The position numbers were made by a program, and so were the translations under genes. A stretch of 64,000 bases of DNA from an uncultured Acidobacteriota bacterium. GTDB lineage: Bacteria > Acidobacteriota > Vicinamibacteria > Vicinamibacterales > CAVVIG01. Under the pieces are notes generated by a model. The model was given only the letters and a program-made list of their open reading frames with translations, was not told where the DNA came from and did not search any database. The DNA is taken from contig CAWGSJ010000008.1 in NCBI GenBank assembly GCA_963825245.1, forward strand, positions 265,736-329,735, given 5' to 3'. Numbering within the stretch: the stretch's first letter is position 1; each line of letters opens with the position of its first letter. Of the stretch, positions 9,918-21,275 are shown piece after piece.

Positions 9918-11393
9918 ATGAAGCGACAGGCACTAGCGGCCCTCGGCCTTCTGTTGCAGGCGTCCGTCGCGTTCGGCAGCGAGCTCAGCGACGACCTGTC
10001 GGCCCGGCGCGCGCGGATGATGGAGCGCCTCGGGACCGAGACGATCGCCGTCCTGTTCAGCTCCCCGGAGCGGAACTACTCGCTCGATGTCGACTACGAG
10101 TACCGGCAGGACAGCAACCTCTATTACCTGACAGGGCTGCTCCAGCCGAACTCGATTCTCGTGCTGATGCCGGGCAACGCGTCGCGGCGCGAGATCCTGT
10201 TCGTCAGCGAGCGGAATCCTGAACGGGAGCACTGGAACGGACGCCTGTTGTCGCGCGCCGAGGCGGCGGAGCTGACCGGCGTGAAGACCGTGATGGGGCG
10301 CAACCAGTTCGAGCCGTTCATTGCGGCGATGCTCGGTAGGCGCGGATCGGGCGAGATCAGCGAGAAGGAAGCGGCGGCGTTTTTCGAGGCGCTGGGTGCC
10401 GGCCGCGCGCGCGTCGGTCTCGCCCTGCAGGCCGGGGGAATCGCCGATCCGCTCAGTCCGCCGCAGGATTTCGCCCGGCGGATCCGCGAACGGTATGTCG
10501 GATTCCAGGCCATCGACGTCACATCGATGTTGACCGATCTTCGCCTGATCAAGACGCCGTACGAGCGCAAGGTCCTGATCAAGAGCCTGGAGATCTCGAG
10601 CGACGCCCAGATGGCGGGCATGCGCGCCGCCCGTCCGGGCGGATGGGAGTACGAAGTCGAGGCGGCCATCGAGGCGGTCCATCGATCGCGTGGCGCGGTG
10701 TCGTGGAGCTACCCCTCGATCGTCGCGAGCGGCCCGAACGCCACGATTCTTCACTACAGCGAGAACAACCGGCAGATGCAAGCCGGCGAACTGCTGCTGG
10801 TCGATGCGGCGGCGAACTACGAATACATGTCCGGCGACATCACGCGGACCTATCCGATCGGCGGCACATTCACGCAGAACCAGAAGGACATCTACGCCAT
10901 CGTGCTGCAGGCGCAGGACGAGGCGATGAGGGTGGCGCGCGCCGGGACCCCGTTGAGCCAGGTGCACGACAAGACGGTGGAGGTCATCAAGGCCGGCCTG
11001 TTGAAGCTTGGCCTGATCACCGACGCCAGCGGCGATCAGTACCGCATGTGGTACACGCACGGCGCGAACCATTACATCGGCATCGACGTCCACGACGTCG
11101 GTGAGCGTACGCGTCCGCTCCAGGCCGGCATGGCCTTCGTCATCGAGCCGGGGATCTACATCCGGCAGAGCGCCCTCGACGCGCTGTCAATGACGGCTGA
11201 AAACCGCGCGCTGGTCGACAAGATCCAGCCGGCGGTGAAGAAATACCTCGACATCGGCGTGCGCATCGAGGATTCCTTCCTCCTGGAGGAAGGCGGCCTG
11301 CGCCGCCTGACCGCGTCGGTGCCGAGGACCATCGAGGAGGTCGAATCCTTCATGCGCAAACGCACCCCTGCGCCGACGAGCGCCGCCCGATGA
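9918..11393 (+). CDS. Xaa-Pro aminopeptidase (M24B) with signal peptide
   Basis: YRQDSNLYYLTG, DITRTYP, HYIGIDVHD, EPGIY, GVRIED. Confidence 0.9.
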   Translation: MKRQALAALGLLLQASVAFGSELSDDLSARRARMMERLGTETIAVLFSSPERNYSLDVDYEYRQDSNLYYLTGLLQPNSILVLMPGNASRREILFVSERNPEREHWNGRLLSRAEAAELTGVKTVMGRNQFEPFIAAMLGRRGSGEISEKEAAAFFEALGAGRARVGLALQAGGIADPLSPPQDFARRIRERYVGFQAIDVTSMLTDLRLIKTPYERKVLIKSLEISSDAQMAGMRAARPGGWEYEVEAAIEAVHRSRGAVSWSYPSIVASGPNATILHYSENNRQMQAGELLLVDAAANYEYMSGDITRTYPIGGTFTQNQKDIYAIVLQAQDEAMRVARAGTPLSQVHDKTVEVIKAGLLKLGLITDASGDQYRMWYTHGANHYIGIDVHDVGERTRPLQAGMAFVIEPGIYIRQSALDALSMTAENRALVDKIQPAVKKYLDIGVRIEDSFLLEEGGLRRLTASVPRTIEEVESFMRKRTPAPTSAAR

Positions 11394-12344
11394 GTGCCAC
11401 ACCTGTGGCGTCCGGCTTTCTCGGCCACCGTAGCGCTCCGCGCGAAGGTGGCAGCCGGACGTTGGGCCGCCGGGTGCTCGCGATCTCCATCCTCGTCGCG
11501 ATCGCGGCGACTGCGAATCATTCACTGCACGCGCAGAATCGCGACTTCATCTGGAAGGCGTCGCGCGGGCAGTCGGTCGTCTATCTGGTCGGGTCGGTGC
11601 ACCTGCTGAGCAAGGACTACTACCCGCTCAGCCCGGCGCTCGACAAGGCCTTCAAGGAATGCGACCTGCTCGTCGAGGAGCTGCGACCTCGGCCAGATGG
11701 CGCAGGTCGAGTCGCAGATGACGATCCTGATGAAGGGCATGCTGCCCTCCGGGCAGACGCTCGACAAGGTCGTCTCGCCGGCGACGTTCGAGCTGGTCAG
11801 CGAGCGCGCGAAGTCGCTCGGCCTGCCCGATCGAACCGCTGAAGCGGTTCAAGCCGTGGGCGCTCGCCCTGACGCTGCTCGGGCTGGAGTGGCAGGACGC
11901 CGGCTTCGACGCGGAACTCGGCCTCGACAAGCACTTCTACGACCAGGCGGTGGCCGGCGGCAAGGAGGTGCAGGGGCTCGAAACGATCGAGTTCCAGATC
12001 TCGCGCTTCGACGACATGTCGATGGAGGAGCAGGATCGGATGCTCTCGTCGACGCTGGCCGAGCTCGAGACACGAGAAGGCGTCAGTGACGACGCTCGCC
12101 GACGCCTGGAAGGCAGGCGACGCGCCGACCGTCGAGCGGATCGTCTTGCAGGAGCTTCGCAAGGAGCCGGGGATGTACCAGCGCCTGCTGGTCGACCGCA
12201 ACAAGGACTGGCTGCCGAAGATCGAGGCGCTCTTCGCCCGCAAGGGTCGCACCTTCGTCGTCGTCGGCGCCGCTCATCTCGTCGGCTCCGACGGACTGCT
12301 CGCCATGCTCAAAGCCAAGGGATACGGCGATCGAGCAGCTCTAG
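11390..12344 (+). CDS. TraB/GumN-family protein (several frameshifts)
   Basis: YLVGSVH, GLETIEFQ, LLVDRN, VVVGAAHLVG spread over ORF fragments; stop reconstructed. Confidence 0.8.
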
Positions 12345-12370
12345 TGTCGCTGCCGTTCGACGTTCGCGCG

Positions 12371-14130
12371 ATGAAACCTACTCTACTCACTGCTCTTCTC
12401 CTGACAGCCGCTGTCGGATCGTTCCTGCGCAAGCAGCGATCGATCGACGAGTTCTTCGCGGCGTTCACCGCCGAATGGCTGCGGCTGAATCCGAATCAGG
12501 CGGCATCGATCCGCTTCTTCACCGGCGAGGAGCAGCGGCAGTTCGAGCGGCAGCTGACGCCGGTCACGCGGGAGTGGCGGCAGCGGCGCGCTGCCCTTGC
12601 CGCGCGGGGCCTGAAGGAGTTGCGGACGTTCGATCGCGCGCGGCTGAACGACACCCAGCGCATTTCGGCGGAGCTGATGGAATGGCAGCTCGACACGGTC
12701 ACCCGCCAGAATCGGACCGCGGACTATTTCTTTCCCTTCGAACAGAACGGTGGCGTCAACGTCGGCCTCGTCGGAGCCCTGACCGTCAACCATCCGATTG
12801 CAGTCCGAGGCTGACGCTGACAACTACGTCGCCCGTCTTGGCCAGGTCGCGCTGCGGCTGGACGAAGCGATCGCCGAAGCTCGCCGCATCGCGGGGCTGG
12901 GACTCCTCCCGCCGCGGTTCATCCTCGGCGCCACGCTCGCGCAGATGCAACAATTCGTCGCCACGCCGCCTGCACAGAACCCGTTCGTCGCGACCTTTGC
13001 CGAGCGGATGGCGAATGCGCCGGCAATTCCGCCTGGACGGCGGCCGTCATTTGCTGCAGAAGCGGAGCGGATCGTCGCGACCGAGATCTATCCGGTCTGG
13101 AAGAAGGCGATTGCCCTGCTGCAGCCGCTCGAAGCGAAGGCGACCGACGATGCGGGATTGTGGCGTTTCAGCGATGGCGCCGCCGTTTATGCTGAAGCGC
13201 TCCGCGCATTTACCACCACCGATCTCACGGCCGACGAGATCCATGAGATCGGTCTGCGCGAGGTCGCGCGCCTCGAAGGCGAGATGGATACTATCTTCCG
13301 GAAGCTCGGTCGTACGGATGGGTCTGTAAAGGACCGCGTCGCGCAGCTGAAGAAGGACCTGAGCTATCCGCTGACCGAGGACGGCCGCTCGCAAATCATG
13401 GCGGATATCGAACGAATCATGCGTGACGCCGAACGGCGCGCAGAATCGCAGTTCGATCGGCGGCCGAGGGCGGCCGTCGTGGCGCGGCCCTTCCCGCGGT
13501 TCCGGGAAGCCAATGCCGCCGCCAGCTATACGGTCCCCGCGCGTCGACGGATCGCGTCCCGGCACGTTCCAGATGCCGCTGCGGCCGGAGCGGATGACGA
13601 AGTTCGGCCTGCGGACGCTCGTCTATCACGAAACGGTGCCCGGTCATCACCTTCAACTGGCGCTCGAACTCGAGAACGAAGCGAACCCTGCGTTCCGTCG
13701 CCTCCGCGCGCTTGGCGGCATCTCCGCGTTCAGCGAGGGCTGGGGTCTGTACGCCGAGCGACTGGCCGCCGAATCCGGATGGTACGAGGGCGATCTGGAA
13801 GGGCTGCTCGGGCAGCTCGACGGGGCGCTTTTCCGTGCGCGCCGGCTGGTCGTCGATACCGGGTTACACGCGAAGCGCTGGACGCGGCAGCAGGCGATCG
13901 ACTACGGCATCGAAGCCAGCGAGGTCGAGCGCTACGTGGTGAACCCCGGACAGGCGTGCGCGTACATGCTCGGCCAGCTCAAGATCGTCGAACTGCGGGA
14001 GAAGGCGCGCGCGGCGCTCGGTAGCCGCTTCTCGATACGCGAATTCCACACCGCCGTGCTCGGCACCGGCACCGTCCCGCTCGCGCTGCTCGAGCGCCAG
14101 GTCGACGCGTACATCCGTGGCGCTTTGTGA
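12371..14130 (+). CDS. DUF885-family protein (frameshifted)
   Basis: YHETVPGHHLQ, EGWGLYAE, RLVVDTGLH, PGQACAYMLG. Confidence 0.85.
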
Positions 14131-14220
14131 TCTGCCGGGCACGGAGATCCCGGAGACAACTGGCTAACAACCGTTCCTTCCGTCAGCTCCGCTGCCGGAA
14201 ACCGCTGTAGGATCTGGGGC

Positions 14221-15576
14221 GTGTCGGCTCTGAACGGCGTGTCGGTACTGGTCGCGGGCGCGGGGCTCGCCGGGCTCGCGGCGGCGCGCGACCTGACCGC
14301 CCTTGGCGCCTCGGTCACCGTCGTCGAGGCGCGCGATCGCGTCGGCGGCCGCGTCTGGACGATCCGGGACGGCTTCAAGGACGGCCAGCACGCCGAGGGC
14401 GGCGGCCGATCTCATCGACGGTGCCCAGGAGGAAATCCAGAAGCTCGCGGCTGAGCTCGGGCTCGAACTGACGCGGATTCTGCGCGGCGGATGGGGATTC
14501 GTCCGGCCGGACGGCCAGGGCCGGCCCGCACGTCGTGCGGCGCGGCTCGCGCGGCTGGGAGCGCCTGGCGAAACAGGTCGCTCGCGATTCAGCGAACCGC
14601 TACCGGCTCGCCGAGCGCCGCTGGGAATCGCCGATCGTCGCCGACATCGGTCGGAAGTCGGTCGCCGAGTGGCTCGAGCAGCATCAACGCCGACGACGAG
14701 CTGCGCCAGACCGCGCTCGGGCTGCGCGGCTTCTTCCTCGGCGATCCCGACGAGCTCTCGCTGCTCGCGCTCGTCGATCAGTTCGCCACGGACGACGCGC
14801 CGATCCCGACAGGATGTACCGCGTCAAGGGGGGCAACGACCGTCTCGCGACCGCGCTGTCGGCGACGCTCGGTTCGGCGCGTGAAGCTCAACACCGAGGT
14901 CGTCGCGGTCTCGCAGCGCGGCCGCGGCCGTGCGCGCCAGCCTCAAGAACGGCCGCCAGGTCGCGCAGCTGTCGTGCGAGTACCTGGTCTTCGCGCTGCC
15001 GGCCACCGTCCTGCGGCGCATCCCGATCACGCCGGCGCTGCCGCAGCAGCAGCACGATGCGTTCGTCCGGCTGAAATACGGACGCGCGACCAAGACGCTG
15101 CTGCAGTTCTCCACGCCGCTTCTGGCGGATTCAGGGCCGCCCGCGCGCGTTCGGATCGCCGCTGCCGTTCGGCGCCGTGTGGGACGGCAACGAGGAGCAG
15201 CGCGGCAGCCCGGGCATCCTGAATTTCATGGCCGGCGGATCCGCGAGCGACGCGACGCGCGACCTCTTCACGCGCGAAGGCCCCGAGGCGCTCGCGCGAT
15301 CGCTCGACTGGCTCGGCGTCCGGCGGCGCGGAGCTCGTCGCCGCGCGCCAGATCGCCTGGGACGACGATCCGTGGGCGCGCGGCGGCTACGCGTTCTTCG
15401 ATCCGGCGTTCGACCCCGCGCTGCGATCGTGGCTCGCCCGGCCGGCCGGCCGCCTCTTCTTCGCCGGCGAGCACACGAGCAACAAGTGGCAGGGCTACAT
15501 GAACGGCGCGATCGAGAGCGGACGGCGAGCAGCGGCCGAGGTCGCGGCGGTCCACGCGCTGATGCCGGCGCCGTAG
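14221..15576 (+). CDS. Flavin monoamine oxidase-family FAD oxidoreductase (frameshifted)
   Basis: GAGLAGL...[10 protein letters not shown] at the N-terminus; FFAGEHT...[10 protein letters not shown] at the C-terminus. Confidence 0.85.
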
Positions 15577-15612
15577 AACGGTGCTTTGCCAGCACTCTAC
15601 GGCGTAAGCCCC

Positions 15613-16166
15613 CTAACGTAGTTTGTCGCCGTGCGGTGGCGTCGCGACGTGAAATCCGGGGCGCGCCTCGACCAGGGCGCCGGCCAGCTCCACCTCCGCC
15701 TGCGACTCGGCGATCTCGGTGAGCCGGCGCGCCGCGCGGCCTTCCTCCTCGAGGGTCTCGAGCAGCAAACGCCCTTCGTCAGGGCGGCTCAGCCGCCGGG
15801 CCAGCGTTCGAGCACAGCCGTAGCCGCGATTTCGTAGTGCTCCAGGCGCTGGGCGAGCCCGATCACGACAGCGTCGCGCGCGTCGTCTGTCGCGCCTTCA
15901 TTCAGACGCTCGTCTGCTTCTTGAACAATTCCGGCTACCCCAGCCGAACGTCCCGCCGACGCCTGACCGCCCCAGTGCGTGAAGATCAGCTGCAGGCGCT
16001 CGACGTGGAGGCGCGTCTCGTCGCAGTGCCGCGTCAGTGCGTCGCGCAATCTCATGCTCCGCGCTGCGTCCCTCAACCGGGGCAGCACGCGCAGCGCCTG
16101 CATCTCGGCGTCGTAAAGCGTCGCCAACTCGTCGAGGTAGACCTGAGTCAGTGCACCGCTGGCCAT
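15613..16166 (-). CDS. Ferritin-like YciE/YciF (DUF892) protein (frameshift near 15825)
   Basis: LYDAEMQ, HCDETRLHVERL, AQRLEHYEIA, continuing as LLETLEEE in another frame. Confidence 0.8.
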
Positions 16167-16192
16167 CGACGGACACATTTGAGCGAGGGATA

Positions 16193-16208
16193 CGCAAGGG
16201 GTGTGCCT
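16193..16208 (-). promoter_or_regulatory. Putative sigma54 promoter of the yciF-like gene
   Basis: AGGCACACCCCTTGCG has GGCAC-N5-TTGC with correct -24/-12 spacing. Confidence 0.6.
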
Positions 16209-16414
16209 CAGCCGACGGATGGGGTCGGGCGGCTGGCGGCTGGAAATTTACAATGGTTGGTTTCAAATTGAAAATTTCAGAGCGCCCTCTCGAGCCGCGG
16301 CAGGAAAGAGCGGTGGCTCGGCAAGGTGAACGGCTCAGCCGACGGATGGGCTGGGTCCGGCATTTCCAATTGTAAATCTCAACTTGTAAATTTCAGATCG
16401 CCCCTCGAGCCGCG
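16207..16414. repeat. Degenerate direct duplication of the pepF 3' end
   Basis: CTCAGCCGACGGATGGG at 16207 and 16334; AAATTTCAGA..CGCCC..TCGAGCCGCG ending at 16299 and 16414. Confidence 0.6.
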
Positions 16415-18233
16415 ACACGAGCGTGTCGAGCTGGACGACGACGGCGCGAACCGGTTCCGGCTGGCTGAGGTCGACGCCGGCGCGCTGCAGGAGCGCCATC
16501 GGATGATCGCTGCCGCCCGATTCGAGCAGCGTGAGATAGCGCCGAGCGCCGCCTCGCGCTCCGCCGGTGCGCCGCCGGTCAGCTGCTTCATCAGCTGGGC
16601 GCTCGAGGCGAAGCAGGTGGCGTACTGATAGACGTAGTACGGCGTGCTGTAGAAGTGCGGGATGCGCGCCCAGGTGACCCGCGACTGCGCGTCGTAGTCG
16701 AGCGCGTCGCCGTGGTAGGCCTGGAGCAGGCCGAAGTAGATGTCGCCGAGCACGTCCGCCGTGACCGGCTTCCCTTCCTCGACCAGCCGGTGCGCCTGCA
16801 GCTCGAAGTCGGCGAACATCACCTGCGTGTAGAAGGTCGACACGATGCCGTCGATGGCGTGCTGGAGCAGGACGATCCGCTCGCGCTCGTCGGTCGTGCG
16901 CGCCAGCATGTACTCGAGGAACAGCGCCTCGCTCAGCGTCGACGGCACCTCGGCGACGAAGATCGTGTAGCCGGCGTAGACGAACGGCTGATGCGCGTGC
17001 GACAGCACCGTGTGCATCGAGTGCCCCATCTCGTGCGCCAGCGTGAAGACCGCGTCGAGCGTGTCGTTGTAGTTGAGCAGCATGTACGGCTGCACGCCGT
17101 AGACCGGCGCCGAGTACGCGCCGCTGCGCTTGCCCGGGATTCTCGTAGACGTCGATGCACTGGCCGTCGAGCACCTCGCGCATCCGGCGCTGGTAGTCGT
17201 CGCCGAGCGGCGGCCACCGACGCCGGCAGCCACTCGAGCACGTCCTCGTACGGATACTTCCGATCGAAGTCGACGAGCGGAATCGCGTGTCGTACGAGTG
17301 GTAGGTCTCGAGGCCGAGCGCGCGCTTGCGCAGGCGGTGGTAGCGGCGCAGCGGCTCGGTGCCCGCCTTGGTCTCGCGAATCAGGTTCTCGACGACCGCG
17401 GTCGGGATGTTGTTGCCGTGCAGCGCCGCTTCGAGCGTGGTCGTGTAGCCGCGCGCCTGCGAATAGAACCAGTCGCGCTGCAGGACGCCGTTGTAGAGCG
17501 ACGCGTAGGTGTTGACGGTGTTGTCGTAGATCTTGTGGAACTCGTGAAACGCCGCGGCCCGATCGGCCTGGTTGCGGTTCGTCGCCAGGATCGCGCGGTA
17601 CTGTCCGTAGGTCAGCGTCACCTCGGCGCCGGTCGACAGGCGGACCGTCGGATACTTGACGTCGGCGGTCGACAGCGCCGCGTAGGCGTCGTTCGGCGAC
17701 GATGAGAACCGGCTCGACAGCGACAGCAGGTGCTCGCCCTTGTCGTCGAGCACGTGCTCCTGCTGGCGGTAGAGATCTTCGATCGCGAAGCGGTAGACCG
17801 CGAGCTCCGGGCTGGCCGCCATCCAGCCCTGCACCGTCGCCAGCGGAATCTTCAGCAGCTCGGGATCGAACCAGGCCGACGCCTGCGCCGCCTTGGCGAA
17901 CAGGATCTGCACCTGCTGCCGCCGCGCGTTGATCTGGTTGTCGCGCTGGTCCTGGTCGTACCAGAGCGACGCGAAGTACCACACCTTGTATTCGAGCTGG
18001 CCGATCTCGTCGCGCAGCCGCAGCGCGGCGAGCAGCCGCTCGCCGCCCTCGCCGAGCGTTCCCTGAAGCGCCGCGAACGCGGCGATCTTCCGGTCGAGCT
18101 CGTCGTACGCCGCCTGCCACGCGTCCCAGTCGGCGAAGATGTTCTTGAGGTTCCACTTGAAGCGATCCGGGATCTGTCGCGATCGCGCAGCGGCGGTGCG
18201 GCAGGGGCTTCGGTCGTCATCAGTTGAGATCAT
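16393..18233 (-). CDS. pepF: Oligoendopeptidase F (M3B) (frameshifted)
   Basis: GKRSGAYS, LAHEMGHSMH, FVAEVPS, WARIPHFY, YVYQYAT; stop position approximate. Confidence 0.9.
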
Positions 18234-18315
18234 ACTGCACGGCCATCGGCGAAACCGCCGACAATGAGAACGCCCGCCGCCACGACGCGGACAACACAGA
18301 CGCCAAGCGGCGGCG

Positions 18316-19251
18316 CTAGCGCACCGCCGGATCGACCGCGTTGAACGTCCCGGTCAGGGGCACGCCCATCGCCCCGGCCGGGATGTACACCACCGTGTGG
18401 TTCGGCGAGTTCACCATCAGCTTCTGCGCCTCGATCGCCTCGTGCTGGATGTAGAGCGCATTCAGCTGGCCGCGGATGATCTCCATTGCGTTGGCAATAC
18501 CCTGCGCCTGCACTTCGCGCTTCGTCCGCTCCTTGCGCTCGATCTCGATCTCGGTGTCCTTGCGCTGCAGCTCCTGCGTCGCCGCCAGCTTGCGCGAGAC
18601 CGCTGTCGCGACTTCATCGGGATACTGGACGTTGCCGACGACCACGCTGCCGATCAGGAACGGGCTGCCGTTCGCGTAAGCCTGGATCCGCGACAACACG
18701 GCGTCGCCAATCACGATGAGCTCGTCTTTCACTTCCAGCCCGTTTCGCCGTTGCACCTCGTCGCGGGCAAATGTCCGAAGCGGCTCGCGGATGAAATTGG
18801 AATACGCCACCTTCACGATCGCATCTGGCTCTTTCTCGAGCTGCTGGTTCGAGACGGTGGTGCTGAAACGGTCCATGAACAGCGGGACCTGGTTCTCGTC
18901 AACGCGCCACACCGTGTGCACGCGAAACTGGATCTTCAGATTGTCCCGGCTCAGCACGGCGTCATCGTGCGAGAAATCCTCCGTGTAGGTGTAGGGAGTG
19001 ATGCTCACGTTCGTGACGGCCAGCAGCCAAGCCCGTCCCGGTGAGGTCGGACCCCGCTGCGTCCCGACGAAGCGTGACTGGGTCAGGACCGCACCCTTGG
19101 TCAAATAGCCGACGTACCCGGCTGGCGTGAACGGGTTCGACGATCCCACCAGCCAGACGAACGCACCAAAAGCCACCGCGACGACGACGAGCACGACGAT
19201 GAAGAGCCGACCCTGAAAGGGTCGGCCTACAGCTGCTGAAATGCGAGACAC
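18316..19251 (-). CDS. SPFH/band-7 (prohibitin-like) membrane protein
   Basis: N-terminal TM helix, VLSRDNL, NVQYPDEVATAV, coiled-coil and VYIP tail; GGAGG RBS before the GTG. Confidence 0.8.
   Translation of the reverse strand: MSRISAAVGRPFQGRLFIVVLVVVAVAFGAFVWLVGSSNPFTPAGYVGYLTKGAVLTQSRFVGTQRGPTSPGRAWLLAVTNVSITPYTYTEDFSHDDAVLSRDNLKIQFRVHTVWRVDENQVPLFMDRFSTTVSNQQLEKEPDAIVKVAYSNFIREPLRTFARDEVQRRNGLEVKDELIVIGDAVLSRIQAYANGSPFLIGSVVVGNVQYPDEVATAVSRKLAATQELQRKDTEIEIERKERTKREVQAQGIANAMEIIRGQLNALYIQHEAIEAQKLMVNSPNHTVVYIPAGAMGVPLTGTFNAVDPAVR
19206..19230 (-). repeat. GTAG-tagged REP-like palindrome inside the SPFH coding 5' end
   Basis: GTAGGCCGACCCTTTCAGGGTCGGC, read in frame as VGRPFQGR. Confidence 0.75.
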
Positions 19252-19264
19252 GGCGGGCCTCCAA

Positions 19265-19397
19265 TTGCCGGCGGGGTTAGCTGACGGGCTCGAGGTTGGA
19301 AGTCCTCTATCAGCTTTCGCTGAATTCGCCCCTGGCGCGCGGAATTGCGCGCCGGTGGGTCCCCCGCGACGCTGTCAGGCAGCGTCTTAGGCGTACG
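19265..19397 (-). ncRNA. c-di-AMP riboswitch (ydaO/yuaA class)
   Basis: Minus strand: GCCUAA-[GACGCUG/CAGCGUC stem]-GCGGGGGACCCA-[GGCGCGC/GCGCGCC stem]-GGGGCGAAU-[UCAGC gaaa GCUGA]-UAGAGG...CCUCGAGCCCGUCAGCUAACCCCGCCGGC. The conserved blocks follow the order of the ydaO aptamer. Confidence 0.85.
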
Positions 19398-19402
19398 AGA
19401 CC

Positions 19403-19431
19403 ACGCTAGGCCTGCAGTGCGGAGTTGTCAA
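19403..19431 (-). promoter_or_regulatory. sigma70 promoter driving the riboswitch-SPFH transcript
   Basis: TTGACA-N17-TAGCGT, placing +1 near 19396 at the aptamer 5' end. Confidence 0.7.
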
Positions 19432-20110
19432 ATTCTGGCGGGAAAGGCCGCTTCGACTTCCGTTCGCGTCAATTCCCTCCACTCGCCTGGGGCGAGCCGC
19501 CCCAACTCGAGGCCCCCAAACCGTACCCGCTTCAACGTCGTCACCTCGTGTCCAATGGCCTCGAACAGCTTCCGGACTTCGCGGTTGCGTCCGCGATGAA
19601 GCTCCACCGTCAGGTGTGTTTCACGGTTGGATGCCTTCCGGACGATCGACCGAAGCGGCGTCGAGCAGCGCGGCTTCGTCGCCCATGACCCTGCCGCGGA
19701 CCGTCACGAGGTACACACGCGGGAACGGCGTTGCCCGGAACGGTAATTCGATGCGCGAGACGTGTGTCGGTCGTGAGGAGCAGGAGACCGCTCGTGGCGA
19801 GGTCGAGTCGTCCGACGGCAATGAGTCCGCGCGCGGAGGGGCCAATGACGTCGTAGATCGTCGGACGCCCTTCGGGATCCTGGCGAGTCGTCACGACGCC
19901 GCGCGGCTTGTGGAAAAGGAGGGTCCGCCAGGACGTGCGCGTTCGGCGCGTGCCATCGACCGTGATCCGCGCTCGCTCAGGCACGACGCTTGTGGCGGGG
20001 TCCGTGACGACACGGCCATCCACCTTGACGCGTCCCGCCCGAATCGCCTCGGTCGCCTGCGCGCGAGAGAGAATGCCAAGCTTTGAAAGGGCGCGATTAA
20101 GCGCAACCAT
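19428..20110 (-). CDS. rRNA pseudouridine synthase, RsuA/RluB family (frameshifted)
   Basis: S4 domain, FHKPRGVVTT, GRLDLATSGLLL, and downstream GRNREVRKLF...LKRVRFG. Confidence 0.85.
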
Positions 20111-20121
20111 CAGACAGCAAA

Positions 20122-20170
20122 GTAGTGCGGACCTTCAGGTCCGCCGTGTCCAGAGCCCCGAGCCCCGAGT
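20122..20170 (+). repeat. GTAG REP-like palindrome followed by short GAGCCCC units
   Basis: GTAGTGCGGACCTTCAGGTCCGC, then GAGCCCCGAGCCCCGAG. Confidence 0.7.
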
Positions 20171-21152
20171 TTAGTGTCCCAGTACGTTGTGGGGCTTGTA
20201 CGGGTCCTCCAGAAACTTGATGTCCTCTGGCGACAGCTGCACTTTCAGCGACTCCACCGCGTCGTCCAGGTGCGAGAGCTTTCGATGCTCCGATGATGGG
20301 CGCGGTGATACCGGGCTTCGCGAGAAGCCACGCGAGCGCCACCTGTGTCGGCTTCACGCCGATTCGCTCCGCCACTTCCCCTACCCGGGCCGCAACCACG
20401 AAGTCGTCGTCAGAGTAGTAAAGTTGATGAGCGAAGTCGTCGGTCTTCGCGCGGGAGGTCTCACCCTTGTCTTCCTTCCGGCGGTTGCCTGCAAGGAAGC
20501 CGCGCGCGAGCGGGCTCCACGGGATGACGCCGATCCCTTCCTCGCGGCACAGCGGGAGCATCTCGCGTTCTTCCTCGCGATAAACCAGGTTGTAGTGGTT
20601 CTGCATCGACACGAAGCGGGTCCAGCCGTGGCGATCCGCGACGTGCAGCATCTTCGCGAATTGCCAGGCCGCCATGCTCGATGCGCCGATGTACCGTGCC
20701 TTCCCGGCCTTCACGATGTCATGCAGCGCCGACATGGTTTCCTCGATCGGCGTGTCCGGATCGAAGCGGTGGATCTGATAGAGGTCGACGTAGTCCATGC
20801 CGAGGCGGGCGAGCGAGGCGTCGATGGCGTCGAACAGGTGCTTGCGGGAGAGACCGCGCGTGTTCTGGCCATCCTTGATCGGAAAGAACGCCTTGGTCGC
20901 GACGACCACCTGGTCGCGCTCGGCGCCACCATCGCGAAGCGCGCGGCCAAGCACTTCTTCGCTGACGCCGCGCGAGTACATGTCGGCGGTGTCGAAGAAA
21001 TTGATGCCGTGCTCGAGTGCGCGCTTCACGAACGGGCGGCTCTGTTCCTCGTCGAGCACCCACGGCCGCCATGTCGGCGTGCCGTAGGTCATCATCCCAA
21101 GGCAGATCCGCGAGACCTTAAGACCCGAGTTTCCGAGTCGGATGTAATCCAT
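20171..21152 (-). CDS. Aldo/keto reductase (frameshift near 20280)
   Basis: FFDTADMY, VATK, DLYQIHRFD, SMQNHYNL, PWSPLARG. Confidence 0.92.
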
Positions 21153-21160
21153 GCGCACCA

Positions 21161-21265
21161 GTCAACTTTTTCCAATGGCGGCGGGGCCCCACCCCCGCCG
21201 CGAACTGACGCTGATGCTCACCCTCGGATTTGCTTGTCCTCGGGCTCGCATGGCCGCAGGCGCTT
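21161..21265. repeat. ~105-bp dispersed intergenic repeat, copy 1
   Basis: Near-identical to 41640-41748; contains a GCGGCGGGG/CCCCGCCGC hairpin. Confidence 0.85.
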
Positions 21266-21275
21266 TTCCGCAGTC

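Noticed and set aside
12086-12814. TraB/GumN-DUF885 fusion ORF
   Set aside because: One extra base hides the TAG at 12342-12344; DUF885 has its own ATG and signal peptide.
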